A stretch of DNA of 64,000 nucleotides from Ruditapes philippinarum (taxonomy: Eukaryota). The notes beneath the pieces are model-generated. The model was not told where the DNA came from. It worked only from the letters and a program-made list of their open reading frames with translations, and made no database searches. The stretch covers positions 1-64,000 of the forward strand of contig NW_026865143.1 of NCBI RefSeq assembly GCF_026571515.1, in the 5' to 3' direction. This document shows positions 1-12,485 of this stretch, one piece after another. The translations under genes and the position numbers were made by a program. The stretch's first letter is position 1, and each line of letters begins with the position of its first letter.

Positions 1-646
1 GATTCCTGAGGCATGTTGTGCCTTTAAGAGCGGACACAAGTCGCTGCAAGAAAACCGATTTATCTCCCGTTCACCGTTGTCAGAAATTAAAGCAGCTATT
101 ACATCCCTCCGATGACTATGCCTTGTTTCACATTTAAGCCATTCGAGCGGGGGCGGCAGTCTCTTTAGTCGTGTTTTTGACTCAGTTAATAAATTAGGAC
201 GGTACAAATAAGAACATGACAAGAATAGCAGAATATGTGTTTACTTGGACAATATAATGCACACGCTAAATGGTCATATATCACTAACCGTGAGATTGTT
301 ACGCGGATAATCTCCCTTTTTTCTGTTTAGAAATGTACTGCTAACCGGAACACTGTTACACCGCGTAAAACATATATTTCACTAGTAGGATGGGGCGTAG
401 GGGGTGTATATACTGAACACTTTTTGTATAACCATTTACTTGGTTTTAAAAGGGGCATATTTTTCATGAAATAGTCCTCTTTGCGTTCTTAGCGTTCTTA
501 TTTATATTAAGTACAATAGACCTGCGTCTATTTTCGTCATCTCCATATAATCATATTCTAATATTTATTTCTCAAGTTTGGACCGGGGAAAGAAACGAGA
601 ACATTATGTTAAAAAAAACTCCATTTTAACTCAAAACTCAAAAACT

Positions 647-1802
647 CCAACTCCATTTTTTGGCCCTGTCATAACACTTGCTCCGTCTGAGCCAAACCCA
701 CACAGATTGTCTGTGCTTAAATGGCAGGAACTCAATTCTTGAACAATAACCTCAGTGATTGTTGCTGCATTAGCACTGTGAGAGTTCTCAAGCACATCTT
801 TGCAGTCCAGGAATTGAAAGTGTGAATCTCCCTGTGCATCAACATAGCCAACGTAAATCAGCAATTGTTCCATAGAAGAACAGTCGGTAACCTCGTCAAC
901 GAGTAGGCTAAACCACTTTGCTGTTTTAACATTTTCAACCAACTTAGTTTTAATCATTTGTCCAACAAGAAGCCTCATGTCTTTTTGACTACGTTCACTA
1001 GTGTTCTTAAAATGATTCATTGCCTCAACTCCAATCTGTTTCTGTAACTCAATCAGCGACAACAATTTTTTGTTAGATACTTCTTCCTTCCCTAACCAGT
1101 AACTTGCTAAAAAGGCATTAAATGTCACTAAGTCTTTGCTCTCTTTTGCTTCCCTGTGCATTGATACAAGGCATGAGTTACGCCGCTCAAGCTCACATAA
1201 GTAAGTACTATTATGACCCGTGGAGCGTTGATGATCCAAAATGGCACTATGTTTAAAGTTGTTTGATGGTGTGATATTGAATGTGTTCTGTTTATTGAAC
1301 TTATTGGATGTATTATGAGTCTTACACAGTAGACAGAACATGCCTTTTCCTTCGACATACACCAGCCACCAGATACCTGTATCATCACTGTAAGAAGTTT
1401 TTCTATCAGTGAGCCATGCATGGCGAAAAATATCACTTCCTTTTTTCTTTTTTTCTTGGCCAGTACACTTTGGTGCCTTTTCACTACGTATTCTTTTTAG
1501 CTCAATTTCAGAAAGTTCACTGCACACACCTGAACAGGTATAAAAACTATGGAGTTTGCAATCACTCAAAGAATCCTCAAAGTGTTCCTTCAATAGCTCA
1601 ACAGCTTCAGCTTTACTTAATTCATTTTTATTACTTATACAGATTTTCACAGGGTCAGAGGCATGTGATTCAGACTTGTTATTGTTTTTGTCAGTTTCTG
1701 AAATCTGAGCAAGTTGCTGATGTGGAACAAAATTTATCTTTTCAACCTGGGCAGGTGGTTCTACATTTTCCTGAGTATCATCACTGTGGCTTAGGTCAGA
1801 TT
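647..1802 (-). CDS. hAT transposase (ZNF862-like) exon 2, N-terminal part
   Basis: TTF-type zinc finger (WL...MFCLLC...H...H), FSLLVDEVTD (first catalytic D) and GFGSDGASVMTG (second catalytic D). Broken after PKNGVG. Confidence 0.9.
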
Positions 1803-2601
1803 CTAAAATGAACAAAGTTTTTTGTGCTATAATGCCATATTTGATACATTTATTAAAATTGTGAAATTGTTTGGTATGTGTTTAATTTGTTTTAATTTTT
1901 TTCTTTTGTTTTTGATTTTTGCACACCAGTATGAAGTTTACATCTTTTTTCCTTGCAAAACTGTGATATTAGCTCTCTACTGTGATATTGGTGATATAAC
2001 TATATTTATTCTTTTTGAATATATATTTTCTAATATTATAATTCTTTTAGTGATCTGTTATGACTTTGGATCTTTTACATGACTGTGATATTTTAATAAG
2101 ATTAATTCTATACATTATATATAGGGTCTATATCTTTTTGTGTTAATTCTAGCATATTATTTAATGTATTGAAAGGATTGTTCAAATATTTTAAAAATGA
2201 TCTAATACTTTATTTTGCAAAAATAAAAATTCTACAATATTATGAAAAAAAGGATGGCACTAAGTTTTGAAAGAAATATTTCATATTTTAATTTTTATAT
2301 TAAAGCCTATATATAGTTGTAGAGATCTACCTGTATTTTCCATACTATACTGTAGTCATGCATAGATTTTAAACAAGAAACCAACAGGCATAAAGATATT
2401 TTTATTCGTGAAATAGATATCAAATCATGTTCAAATCAATTAAAATTATATAGAAAAACGTAGTAACAATTTAAATTTCGCTCGTACCGAACATTCAATG
2501 ACGTAGCCTCGTAGGTCAAACTGACATTAAAAAATGTATTCAATTACGCTTTTACTTTGTCAACAAATGATGTAAACCTAGAAAAAAGGTCATCAAAGTA
2601 C

Positions 2602-2680
2602 CCTGTTCTTTTCTCCAAAGCGTATGAAGCGTTTGTTGTCCTCCGATTGTCTTTATTTTCTTCTTCGGAGGGCCTGACAT
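2602..2680 (-). CDS. hAT transposase exon 1 (MSGPPKKKIKTIGGQQTLHTLWRKEQ)
   Basis: ATG at 2680, basic PPKKK NLS-like motif, GT donor at 2601-2600. Phase 1 matches the AG acceptor at 1804-1803, in frame with ORF 631..1815. Confidence 0.75.
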
Positions 2681-3254
2681 TTTGACAGTTTTGACCTTAA
2701 TTCCCCCACCCGTTACGGCATGCGTATCCGTGACATACAATTTACGAAATATCATTGGATAACGTAAACTTACGGAAAGAGACGAGTCGTTTTCTGTTAC
2801 CGCATTGGTTCCGATTGTTAATCCCGAAACGAGACGGAAACAGTAAAAAAAATCTGATCAGTGCGCGCCAATATAATAGGACGATAAAATAGATGCGCTA
2901 ACCGTATGCGCATAACATGCTTGGGATTCCACATATTGTTTTTGTTTACGATTCGGCGAACCACCAGTAAAAAAAGAAAACTACGAAGGATATTTTTGGG
3001 GGATTTTTTATTTTATGGTTTGGCAAAAGTAGCCGGCGGTAGACTGTGCAGTAGTCGGCGATTTCGCCGACCGCCGGGGCTTATGGAGAGCACTGGTTGT
3101 ATCTATTATCAATGAAAATACTCTCGAGTCGAAAGAAAAATGGCCGCCATTTACAAATTCTAAGTTTCGGGGGCAGAGGAATTTTTTTTCAAGAATTATT
3201 TCTTTGAACAAAAAATACCCATTTCCTCAAAATACGCTATTATAAGTAGATTGT

Positions 3255-3349
3255 TTAGGAAATAGATATCAATTCTGAGTGCATTGTTGTAGAATAATGC
3301 ACGGTTTGAGTTAAAATGCGTAGTAATATAATCACGAAGGCCGATAGGC
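3255..3349 (+). repeat. truncated copy of the hairpin-containing element at 21224-22040
   Basis: Near-identical to 21224-21319 (ttaggaaatagatatcaattctgagtgcattg...gaaggccgataggcc). Confidence 0.75.
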
Positions 3350-3692
3350 CCACAGACACTTGTTTAGAAGCGAATATAAGGCATTTATAATGACATTACT
3401 CCACACTATATACTATAAATAACATTTACTATGACTACGTTCGCTGAACAATAGACAACAGTAACCAATAAATTGATGGTTACCGTTGTCTACTGTTCCT
3501 CGCACGTAGTCGTAGGAAACCAGGAGAGCGAAAAAGTACGATGTATGTTTTGTACTTTCGGTTTTGACAAAATGGCCGACCATCAACGGAATTTTGATTA
3601 TAACTATCAACATCGTTAGCCTTTAAATCGTTTGTATGCATTATTCATTTTTCATTATCATTTATTCAGGTATATATAATATAGTAGGTATA

Positions 3693-3934
3693 TATGAGCC
3701 GCGCCATGACAAAACCAACATAATGGGTTTGCGACCAGCATGGATCCAGACCAGCCTGCGCATCCGTGCAGTCTGATCAGGATCCATGTTGTTCGCTATC
3801 AGTTTCTCTACTTGTAATAGGGTTTGTAAGCGAACAGCATGGATCCTCATTAGACTGCGCGAATGCGCAGGCTGGTCTGGATCTATGCTGGTCGCAAACG
3901 CACTATGTTGGTTTTGTCATGGCGCGGCTCATAT
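3693..3934. mobile_element. MITE with long TIRs (copy 1)
   Basis: atgagccgcgccatgacaaaaccaacat... pairs with ...atgttggttttgtcatggcgcggctcat, with arms of about 100 bp. Second copy at 32897-33137. Confidence 0.85.
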
Positions 3935-4567
3935 AATATAGTAAGCATACAGTTGTCATTGCAACCATGTTTGTTTGTAAAAAAACACGAATTAATTGCA
4001 CAAATTAGGATAAGATCTAGCATCTATATTAAGACAAAAAATGAACGACGAATGACTTTTAGAAATGTGCATTTCCCGACTTTAAAGCAGCCAGCCATGC
4101 GTAGTGGCACATATTACCGTGAGGCAAATATTCATAGCTTTGCAGTGAACGTATTGCTTTGGCGATCGCACGCTCGAGCGTGTCCTAGTGAGCTTCTAAA
4201 TATCAGTACCGAAAATGAAGCGAAACTGTCCGTTATAGGAAAATTACCTAAGCAATTTCAATAGTGCATATTAGGGCCTAATAGGTATTCCTTTTGAACT
4301 TGGGCTTCCTCGCTTAAACTGTTTGATTTGCGAGTAACTCGCAGTGCAGCAAAGGACAGTTTAAATATCTTCCACATACAAAAGCTGGTTACCCTCAATA
4401 CTGGTTACCACCCGGCCCCCGCCCGTCACTAATTAAATTCATAATTGAAATGTAATATTGAAAATATATATTGAAAATATGTGTGCGGGGGAGGGTGTGT
4501 GTGGGGGAGGGGGTACAGAAATATCTGTGTATGCTACAAACGGTACGTAATTTAGGAGGAACTCCAA

Positions 4568-5924
4568 AAAAATGGAGTTGGGTCAAGGCTTCAGGCACTT
4601 GCTCCAAACATGCTTAGGTCCCACTGTATCAGCCATCGCCTAGCCTTAGCATGTGGTGATGCAAATGATGATGTGAAATACATTTCTCAAGTAGAACAAA
4701 TATTGTACCAGTTATGGAAATGGCTAGAATATCCCAAACGTTGTGCTGCCTTTGTCAAAGTGTGTAAAAGTCTACATAAAATCAACCTGGAAAGTAACCC
4801 CGAGAAGCAGGAGAAAATCAGGACAAAGCTTGCTGTTAGAATTCAGAAAGCCTGTAGAACAAGGTGGTTGTCAACTGGCCAAAGCATTGCAAGTGTTTGC
4901 AAGAACTATGTTGCTTTAATGATGACACTTAAAAGCTTCAGTGAATCTGATGCCACAGCACATGGCTTACTGAAACGCATGAACAATGCGAAATTTGTAG
5001 GTGTAATGTTACTTTTAAACTCAATATTGCCTCACCTTAATGCTCTCAGCAAGCTATTCCAGAAGGATCATACATGCTACACTTCAATAAAACCAGCTTT
5101 GTCATGTACCAAATCAGCTCTTCAAAACATCAGAGATAATTTCAATGTTGTTGATGAACTTGAGCAGCAAATAAAACCTGGTGGTGCCTATGCTGAACTC
5201 GAAATAGAACTATCCAGTATTGACCCAACAAGAAAGTTCCTATCTAATCTACAAATGAACTATGTACAAGCATTATCACACAGCATCGATCGTAGATTCA
5301 GTGAGGCATGTCCTGTTTTACAAGCATTTTCAATCTTTGACCCAACAACATTACCTGCAAAGGCTGATGCAACATTTGCTGAGCATGGCCAGCAAGAAAT
5401 TAAAATACTCTGCAATAAATTTAACATTCATCCTGAAGAAGCCTTTGCTGAGTGGCAGAATTTTAAATTTCACATGGAAGAGTGGAAAATACCCCAGGCT
5501 GTCATTAAAGGAGAAGATATCTCACCTGCACACTATGTCATGAAGAAGATTGTGAAGGAGCAAGCAGTGTTCAAGGTTGGATTTAGTAATATGGTTCAGT
5601 TGGCACAGATTTGCCTTACACAGCCGTTGTCAAATGCTGTTGTTGAGCGTGGGGCCAGTGCTGTGAAAAGAGTTAAGAGTCGGCTACGTAGCTCCATGAA
5701 AAATGACATGTTGTCTAGCTTGCTACATATTACACTGAACGGTCCATCCCAGAAATCTGACGAATGTCATTCACTGTTGATGGAAGCCACTCAAATTTGG
5801 CGAAAAACTCACATCAGAAATCTGCCACCACTGAAGACAATGCCTCCTGTGGGTGGTTCTGACCATACACAGAGCCTTCATCATGTAACTCCTGTGCTTA
5901 CAGTTGACTGTGGAGTGCAAGCAG
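4568..5924 (+). CDS. hAT transposase exon 2, C-terminal part
   Basis: Reads KNGVGSRLQALAPNMLRSHCISHRLALA (CxxH motif), then TRW, then the hATC dimerisation region SNAVVERGASAVKRVKSRLRS (catalytic E). GT donor at 5925. Confidence 0.9.
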
Positions 5925-6125
5925 GTATTAATTAATTTGCTTGATCTTTAATATGTAAAATAAGAGAATGGTATTAAATTAATGCATAGTAAAATAAATA
6001 ATATTTTAAATCTAAGCAGCCTGGTCTTATTTCAACTTTACTCAATTCCTGTATTTTTGATATTTTTATATAAAGTCAATATGCTGCTGTATGGAAACTT
6101 ATATTACATGTATTTCTTTTAACAG

Positions 6126-6283
6126 ACCTGCTACCACAACCCTCTCAAGACGTTGAATGCAATGTTGAGGTTGAGACACAGAAAGCTGTATCTGAAGCAG
6201 ATGACTATCAAAATGCCCTTCATGCATTAGCCATGGATGACTCAGATTCCGGCCTTGAATCAGGCTCTGATGATTGTTTTTAG
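6126..6283 (+). CDS. hAT transposase exon 3 (acidic tail, DLLPQP...SDDCF*)
   Basis: Acceptor tttcttttaacag at 6125. Phase 1 matches the 5925 donor. Open to TAG at 6281-6283. Confidence 0.7.
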
Positions 6284-7290
6284 TTGTTAACTATAAAATG
6301 TTCATTAAACTGAGTTAAAATTTGATTTTTCTGTTCAATTTCAGTGTCTGAGCAAACCTTCCCAATAAAAAAACCAGGTCAGACAGTACCTAAAAAATGT
6401 ACCAGAATGCACCAAAATGCACGATTTAGCATCTTTAAAAGCAAAATTTTCCGGGGGAGGCCCCCCGTACCCCCCCCAGCGGGAGGGGAAACCCCTCCCG
6501 CACTCTCCCCCTCCTCGCCGCTTCGCGGCTCGCGTATAATTGAAACAACTTTCACCGGTTACTTTTATTTGGCCACTGGCTACTTTAGTACTTATGGAGA
6601 GCACTGTACAACAGATTAAAATAAAATAAGATTATTACCTTTAAACATCGATCAAAAAAAACCTATCAATCACACAATGACAAACTGAAAGAGTTTACTG
6701 CACTTTTTTCCTTGACATGTCAAATTCAAAAGTAAACAATCTGGCACAAAATTAACATTTAGATACAAGTTCTCCAAGAAAATCGTCTGTTATTTTTCAA
6801 TACTGTATAATATGACGTACATCGATGATGTCATTTGCGAATACATTATGACGTCACTTCATTAAGTTGGTGCTTAAAACTATTCGAGCTATCTAATTTG
6901 TTTGTAATTGAAATAAAAATAATAAATATCCCATATTCATTGGAGACTTGTCAGGGTATGAGATAAAATGTTTATTCAAAGGCTGATAAAAATGAGAAAA
7001 TAAGCTATTGAAACAAGTCCGTTAAAATAGGCGGGGCTTAATTTTTTAATTATCATGCAAGTGTAATCGGCCAGTTACCATAGCAGTTGCATGATAAATT
7101 TATGAACACCACATATACGTACTGTGAAAAGTAGTGTAGACAATGAAAAAAAAGTATAAAATTTAACACAAATAAACCACGAGTATAACAGAGAATAAAT
7201 CGCAAATTCACAACACAACGATGTAAAATGATTGTTTTATCACAGCATTTATCACAGAATAAGTAGCCTAAATCATAATATTATCAGTTG

Positions 7291-8826
7291 ACAAGAGGGC
7301 CATGATGGCCATGAGGTCGCTCACCTGTATATAGCCCCCCCCCCCCCTCCACACACACACCCATAAGAAGATGTTTCATGCTAAACATCTAAGCTCTAGC
7401 TCATTGGGCTTTTTAAAAGAATATTTTTTTTAAGCTTTTACTATACACATATAGTTAAAAACAATGACACCCCTGGGGTGGGGCCAGTTTTGACCCCAGG
7501 GCTTTTATTTGAACAAACTTTGTAGACACTTACTAGAAGATGTTTCATGCTTAATATCTAAACTCTAGCTATTTGGGTTTTTCAAAGAAGATTTTAAGTT
7601 TTTGCTATACACATATAAGGAAAATCAATGACCCCCGGGGCGGGGCCAATTTTGACCCCAGGGCTTTTATTTGAACAAACTTGGTAGACACCTATTAGAG
7701 CATGTTTGATGTTAAATATCTTAGCTCTAGCTATTTGAGTTCTTTAAAAGAAGATTTTTTAAGTTTTTACTATATGCATATAGGGAAAATCAATGACCCC
7801 CTGGGGTGGGGCCAATTTTGACCCCAGGGCTTTTATTTGAACAAACTTGGTAGACACCCATAAGAAGATGTTTCATGCTAAACATCTAAGCTCTAGCTCA
7901 TTGGGCTTTTTAAAAGAAGATTTTTTTAAAGTTTTTACTATACACATATAGTTAAAAACAATGACACCCCTGGGGTGGGGCCAGTTTTGACCCCAGGGCT
8001 TTTATTTGAACAAACTTTGTAGACACTTACTAGAAGATGTTTCATGCTTAATATCTAAACTCTAGCTATTTGGGTTTTTCAAAGAAGATTTCAAGTTTTT
8101 GCTATACACATATAAGGAAATTCAATGACCCCCGGGGCGGGGCCAATTTTGACCCCAGGTCTTTAATTTGAACAAACTTTGTAGACACTCACTAGAAGAT
8201 GTTTCATGCTTAATATCTAAACACTAGCTATTTGGGTTTTTTCAAAGAAGATTTTTTAAGTTTTTGCTATACACATATAAGGAAAATCAATGACCCCCGG
8301 GGAAGGGCCAATTTTGACCCCAGGGCTTTTATTTGAACAAACTTGGTAGACACCCATTACAACATGTTTCATGCTAAATATCTTAGCTCTAGCTCTTTGA
8401 GTTCTTTAAAAGAAGATTTTTTAGGTTTATACTATATGCATATAGGGAAAATCAATGACCCCCTGGGGCGGGGCCAATTTTGACCCTAGGGCTTTTATTT
8501 GAACAAAGTTGGTAGACACTCACTAGAAGACGTTTCATGCCAAATATCTAAGCTCTAGCTCTTAGGGTTTTTTAAAATAAGATATTTAAAGTTTTTTCTT
8601 TCGGTTGCCATGGCAACCAGAGTTCTGCATGGAATTAAATTCTTTGAACAATTTTTAAAGGTGACCACCAAAGGAACATTCCTGTGAAGTTTGGATGAAA
8701 TTGGTCTAGTGGTTTATGAGATGTCATTTAAAGTAAAAGTTTACGGACGACGGACGGACGACGGACACCGGACGAAAAGCGATCACAAAAGCTCACCCTG
8801 TCACTTTGTGACAGGTGAGCTAAAAA
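7291..8826 (+). mobile_element. non-autonomous Helentron-type (HINE/pearl-like) element with an internal 162-168-bp tandem array
   Basis: Starts acaagagggcc, has about 7.5 monomers, a GGAC microsatellite at 8745-8768, and a 3' hairpin gctcaccctgtcac...gtgacaggtgagc followed by taaaaa. Confidence 0.8.
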
Positions 8827-9016
8827 GTTAATATCCAATATGTCCTGTACGCCTCCCTCAGCTTGTTTAACTTTTTCTAATTATAAGGAAAGTAAATATT
8901 ATGTTTTAAGCAAATTATTTATCTTATTACAAATATCATAAATAAAGCAGTAGGTATTAACTTGGCATTATTAGTACATGACTGACTGTATTTAAAAATA
9001 TATCACAAAAACTTAC

Positions 9017-9095
9017 CTGTCTTGCTGAATGACTTGACTGAAGCATGCCGATTGCGTGTGCGGGCTCTTGTAGATTCTAACTGCATGCGAATCAT
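9017..9095 (-). CDS. possible first coding exon of an unidentified gene (MIRMQLESTRARTRNRHASVKSFSKT)
   Basis: ATG at 9095, 26 open codons, perfect CAG|GTAAGT donor at 9016. No recognisable homology. Confidence 0.25.
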
Positions 9096-9414
9096 TTTAC
9101 GTTTTACAGAATGTCTATTATTTTTCAACGTTCCAAACTCAATTTTATAGTTACATTGAAATAAAACCAACAATCGATTTCCTCGTGCAGAAAGTTGATT
9201 TCATACCTTTAGAACGTGTAGAACCGATAATCCGTCCATGGATGAATGATTTCGTTGAAAATGTTCGCAAAAAGTAGTCAAACCGGTTATGGTAAATAGT
9301 AAACTGTTTTTATGAAATACGAATTTAAAGAGTGTAAGAACATTTAAAGTGTTTGCCCGAAATGTTGCTCCAAAGGCAGACGAATTAACGTTTGATGAAA
9401 TAAGTGATAAATTA

Positions 9415-9641
9415 TGGTGGCTAATTTGTGCCATTCGTGTTTTCGGCCCGCGACCCCGCCAAGCGAAAAGTCGTAAATTAACAAGTTAAAATGACGGCGG
9501 GCGCAGCTAAAACACGCTAATAAGCGAGGGCGCGGGGCGAAGTTTAATAAATAAAACTTCGTCCCGCGGGGGCGCGGAGCGAGATTTAAGAAATAAAACG
9601 GCGGGATCGCGGGAAAGACGAATGGCACAAATCAGCCACCA
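9415..9641. mobile_element. MITE with TA target duplication (Tc1/mariner-like)
   Basis: TIR tggtggctaatttgtgccattcgt / acgaatggcacaaatcagccacca, TA on both sides, GC-rich internal repeats. Confidence 0.8.
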
Positions 9642-11132
9642 TAGTAAATTATTAATTTCTATGTCTCGTGCATTTGATATTCCTTAACCTGAGACAGTGA
9701 AGCCCAAAAGAAAATAGGCTACAACATGTACAAAATGCAATCACGATGCATCCAGCCTGAAGGCCTAAGACATTTCATCAAAACAAATTCTTCCCCACCA
9801 ATGCCATGTGCTTAATTATGAACAGTGGTTAGAAAAATTAATTGTAAACAAAAATGCTTCAAAGTTGTATAATAATTTAGTTAAACAAGTTCCTTATCTG
9901 ATGCACGAGTGAATATAGAATGGATGAGAGTTATATATAAATTAAGGCGCTAGTCGAATATTAAATTTGTCTGTCAGGCAATGTTTTCCCCCGTCAATTA
10001 CTTGTATAACTGTTTTTTAATTAGATTTTTTTTTCTCATTTCTCAGTTCTGCCTACACGGCAGCAAGTTCACTTTCGACTGGGTTGGTTTGGACGGCTGT
10101 AAAATTCTAATGAAAAGACGCATTGGCATGATATTTTCAAATAAATATTTTTATTTATTTCAAACTCTTAGAAGTATACTACATGATTCAAACTGATGGT
10201 CACGTAGCACCCTACACTATTTTCATGATCTTCTATCGACTTACTCCTATAATTGTATATATAAATTAAGTCCTGTTACGTCTTCATTACAGCCATGGTC
10301 TCATATAAATACAGTCTGTGGTACACTTAAAGCTTGTAATTTAATATTAAATTGACACAAAGATAAAACAAATCTACATAATTATAAAATCTCATTTTAT
10401 TGACATTATATTTCTCATGTTTGAAGTATAAGTCTTACATTAAATGCAAAACTGACAAATGACAAATAAACACAGAAATATACTAATGTATTTGTACATT
10501 CATAAGGGGTAAAGAAGTCTTGTTAAAACGGCAATTTCAATTGCTTATATTTGTTCATAAAAACCTTAAAGGAGCTTCATAGAGGTCCAAATGCAAAACA
10601 AACATACATTTTAAATTCATACATTGATTAACTGGGACACTAAAAAGGGACACTTATAAATTATGGCAAATTTGCTTTGGTTGTTTTTTTTTTAAACTTT
10701 TTGCCTTTTATTGCTTTTTAAGAGTTTGTCGGAATTTTGAAAGAATTATTACTGATGTAAGATGATTTAAATTCATATATCAGTCATCTTTTACCCAATA
10801 TATAAGATTATTCAAATTCACAGTCTAAATTGATGGGATATTTCACTTATTAAAATAATTTGTATCTTCTACATATTATATTCCACAAACATAAAATCAT
10901 AACACAACAATTATTAAAAGTTCCACCCTAAACATATTTAGTTATTTACAAATCCAAGAACACTGTCACACTAGTTGTTTTTCATATGAACACAGAGTTT
11001 GATTAAAACACAGGTATATATTTCGATCCCCATAAAAAAGGCACTGATCTATTATATATATGATATTAAATTAAGTCTGATGCAAAACATTTTATATGGT
11101 GAAACACATGTCATAATTATAACATCTTAAAT

Positions 11133-11421
11133 AACAAGAGCTGTTGGTAAGGCAGGGCCCTGAACTATTCTCAGTACTTGATAGTAAAACAAGTGTCTGA
11201 ATAATGTAAAGTTTAAAAAAATGTCATAATTTGGCAAATCTATGTAAGAATTAAAGGCCTTGGTCAGTGACCTCCTATTATGCTCTCAAATAAGTGTGTG
11301 AAGTTTCAACCGCCTCACTTTGATAGCTTGGGTGGCAAAAACTTAACCAAAGTGTAAAGACTTGACACCTGGTTTTGTACATATTATAGCTTTCCCTTTC
11401 CTTTGATTAGTGGAGCTAAAA
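11133..11421 (+). mobile_element. decayed short Helentron-type element
   Basis: Starts aacaagagctgtt, contains gtgtgaagtttcaa, ends tatagct...gagctaaaa, like the other two such elements. Confidence 0.4.
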
Positions 11422-12485
11422 GTGTAAGATCAGATTCAACATTTCATTCTTATAAAAACTTTTAAAAATGGTAAGCAAACGTAGAAGTGAGATGAATTTC
11501 ATGATTTTAATTGTTTACTAAAACACATTAAAGGCACATAAAGCCTAAAAATGAACTTTTTTTCATTTCGTAGAAAGTACAAACATGTGTTTTATAATGT
11601 TGTAATAACTGATAAGAATATGTAATATACTTATCACCTGAGGAAAACAGTGTCAAATTGTGAAAACAATTCATGACAAAAGCAGCAAAATGTAAATAAA
11701 GTGGTATTTTGACTTCCATTTAAAATACCAAAGCTCTACAACAGTACTGTACAAATTGCCAAAACACAAAGAGGCAACAGACAGCTCAACTATATGATCA
11801 ATAAGTTATGTTCAAAAAACTGTTAACAGGAAACCAAATATAAAAAGTTATAATTTGAGAATTCAGTAAGTCTATAGTAAGTTCCTTAGCTAAGGCTGAC
11901 TAGTACCATGTAAGAGCCAATAATTTCATACCTGGTGAAACATTAAGATACAAACCAACATGTTATGAATGGAATGATGTGAAAATCATATATCAAGAAT
12001 ACAAAGTTAACTTAATCTTGGTCCATAAACAAATATATAATAATAATAAGCTGAAACATACAAACAAATATCATCTAACAATATATTTACATTAACAACA
12101 AAAACAACAACAAAAAACAACAGAAAATACAGATCATCAGTGTTACAAAATATACACACTTAGATAATATGTTCATAATCAAATTGTCAAAAATGAAAAT
12201 GAGTTCACAATGGAAAAAAAATTATTTGTGAGTATATAATTTTATGACAGAACGTACAAAATAGGATATGTACACACCTAATTATATATTACAATTATAA
12301 ACTAACCAAAATCATAAACATGATGGTAGTGTTTTAAAAAAGGCCATGAAGATCATAATTTCATTTATGAAATTAGATATGATTTAAATGCAAGACCTGC
12401 AAATTACTGCCATTATATATTGAAATTTTATTATTTCAAATGTAGATAGATTGTGAATTCCTGGGAAATACATGTACATGTATAA

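Larger units (their letters stand above)
647..3095 (-). mobile_element. hAT DNA transposon, 5' half (inverted relative to the 3' half)
   Basis: TIR CAGTGCTCTCCATAAG at 3095-3080 (minus), flanked by TACAAC. Contains transposase exon 1 and the first part of exon 2. Ends at the inversion breakpoint repeat 647-661. Confidence 0.9.
4567..6606 (+). mobile_element. hAT DNA transposon, 3' half
   Basis: Begins at the breakpoint repeat 4567-4581. GC-rich subterminal region 6440-6535. TIR CTTATGGAGAGCACTG at 6591-6606 followed by TACAAC. Confidence 0.9.

Noticed and set aside
3662-4264. ORFs with MRRLVWI..GRK..MLVLSWRGS repeated at 32629-32991
   Set aside because: Translations of MITE inverted repeats, not a protein family.
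631-5935. Two separate divergent ZNF862-like host genes
   Set aside because: The ORFs are complementary halves of one transposase that share TIRs and a TSD.
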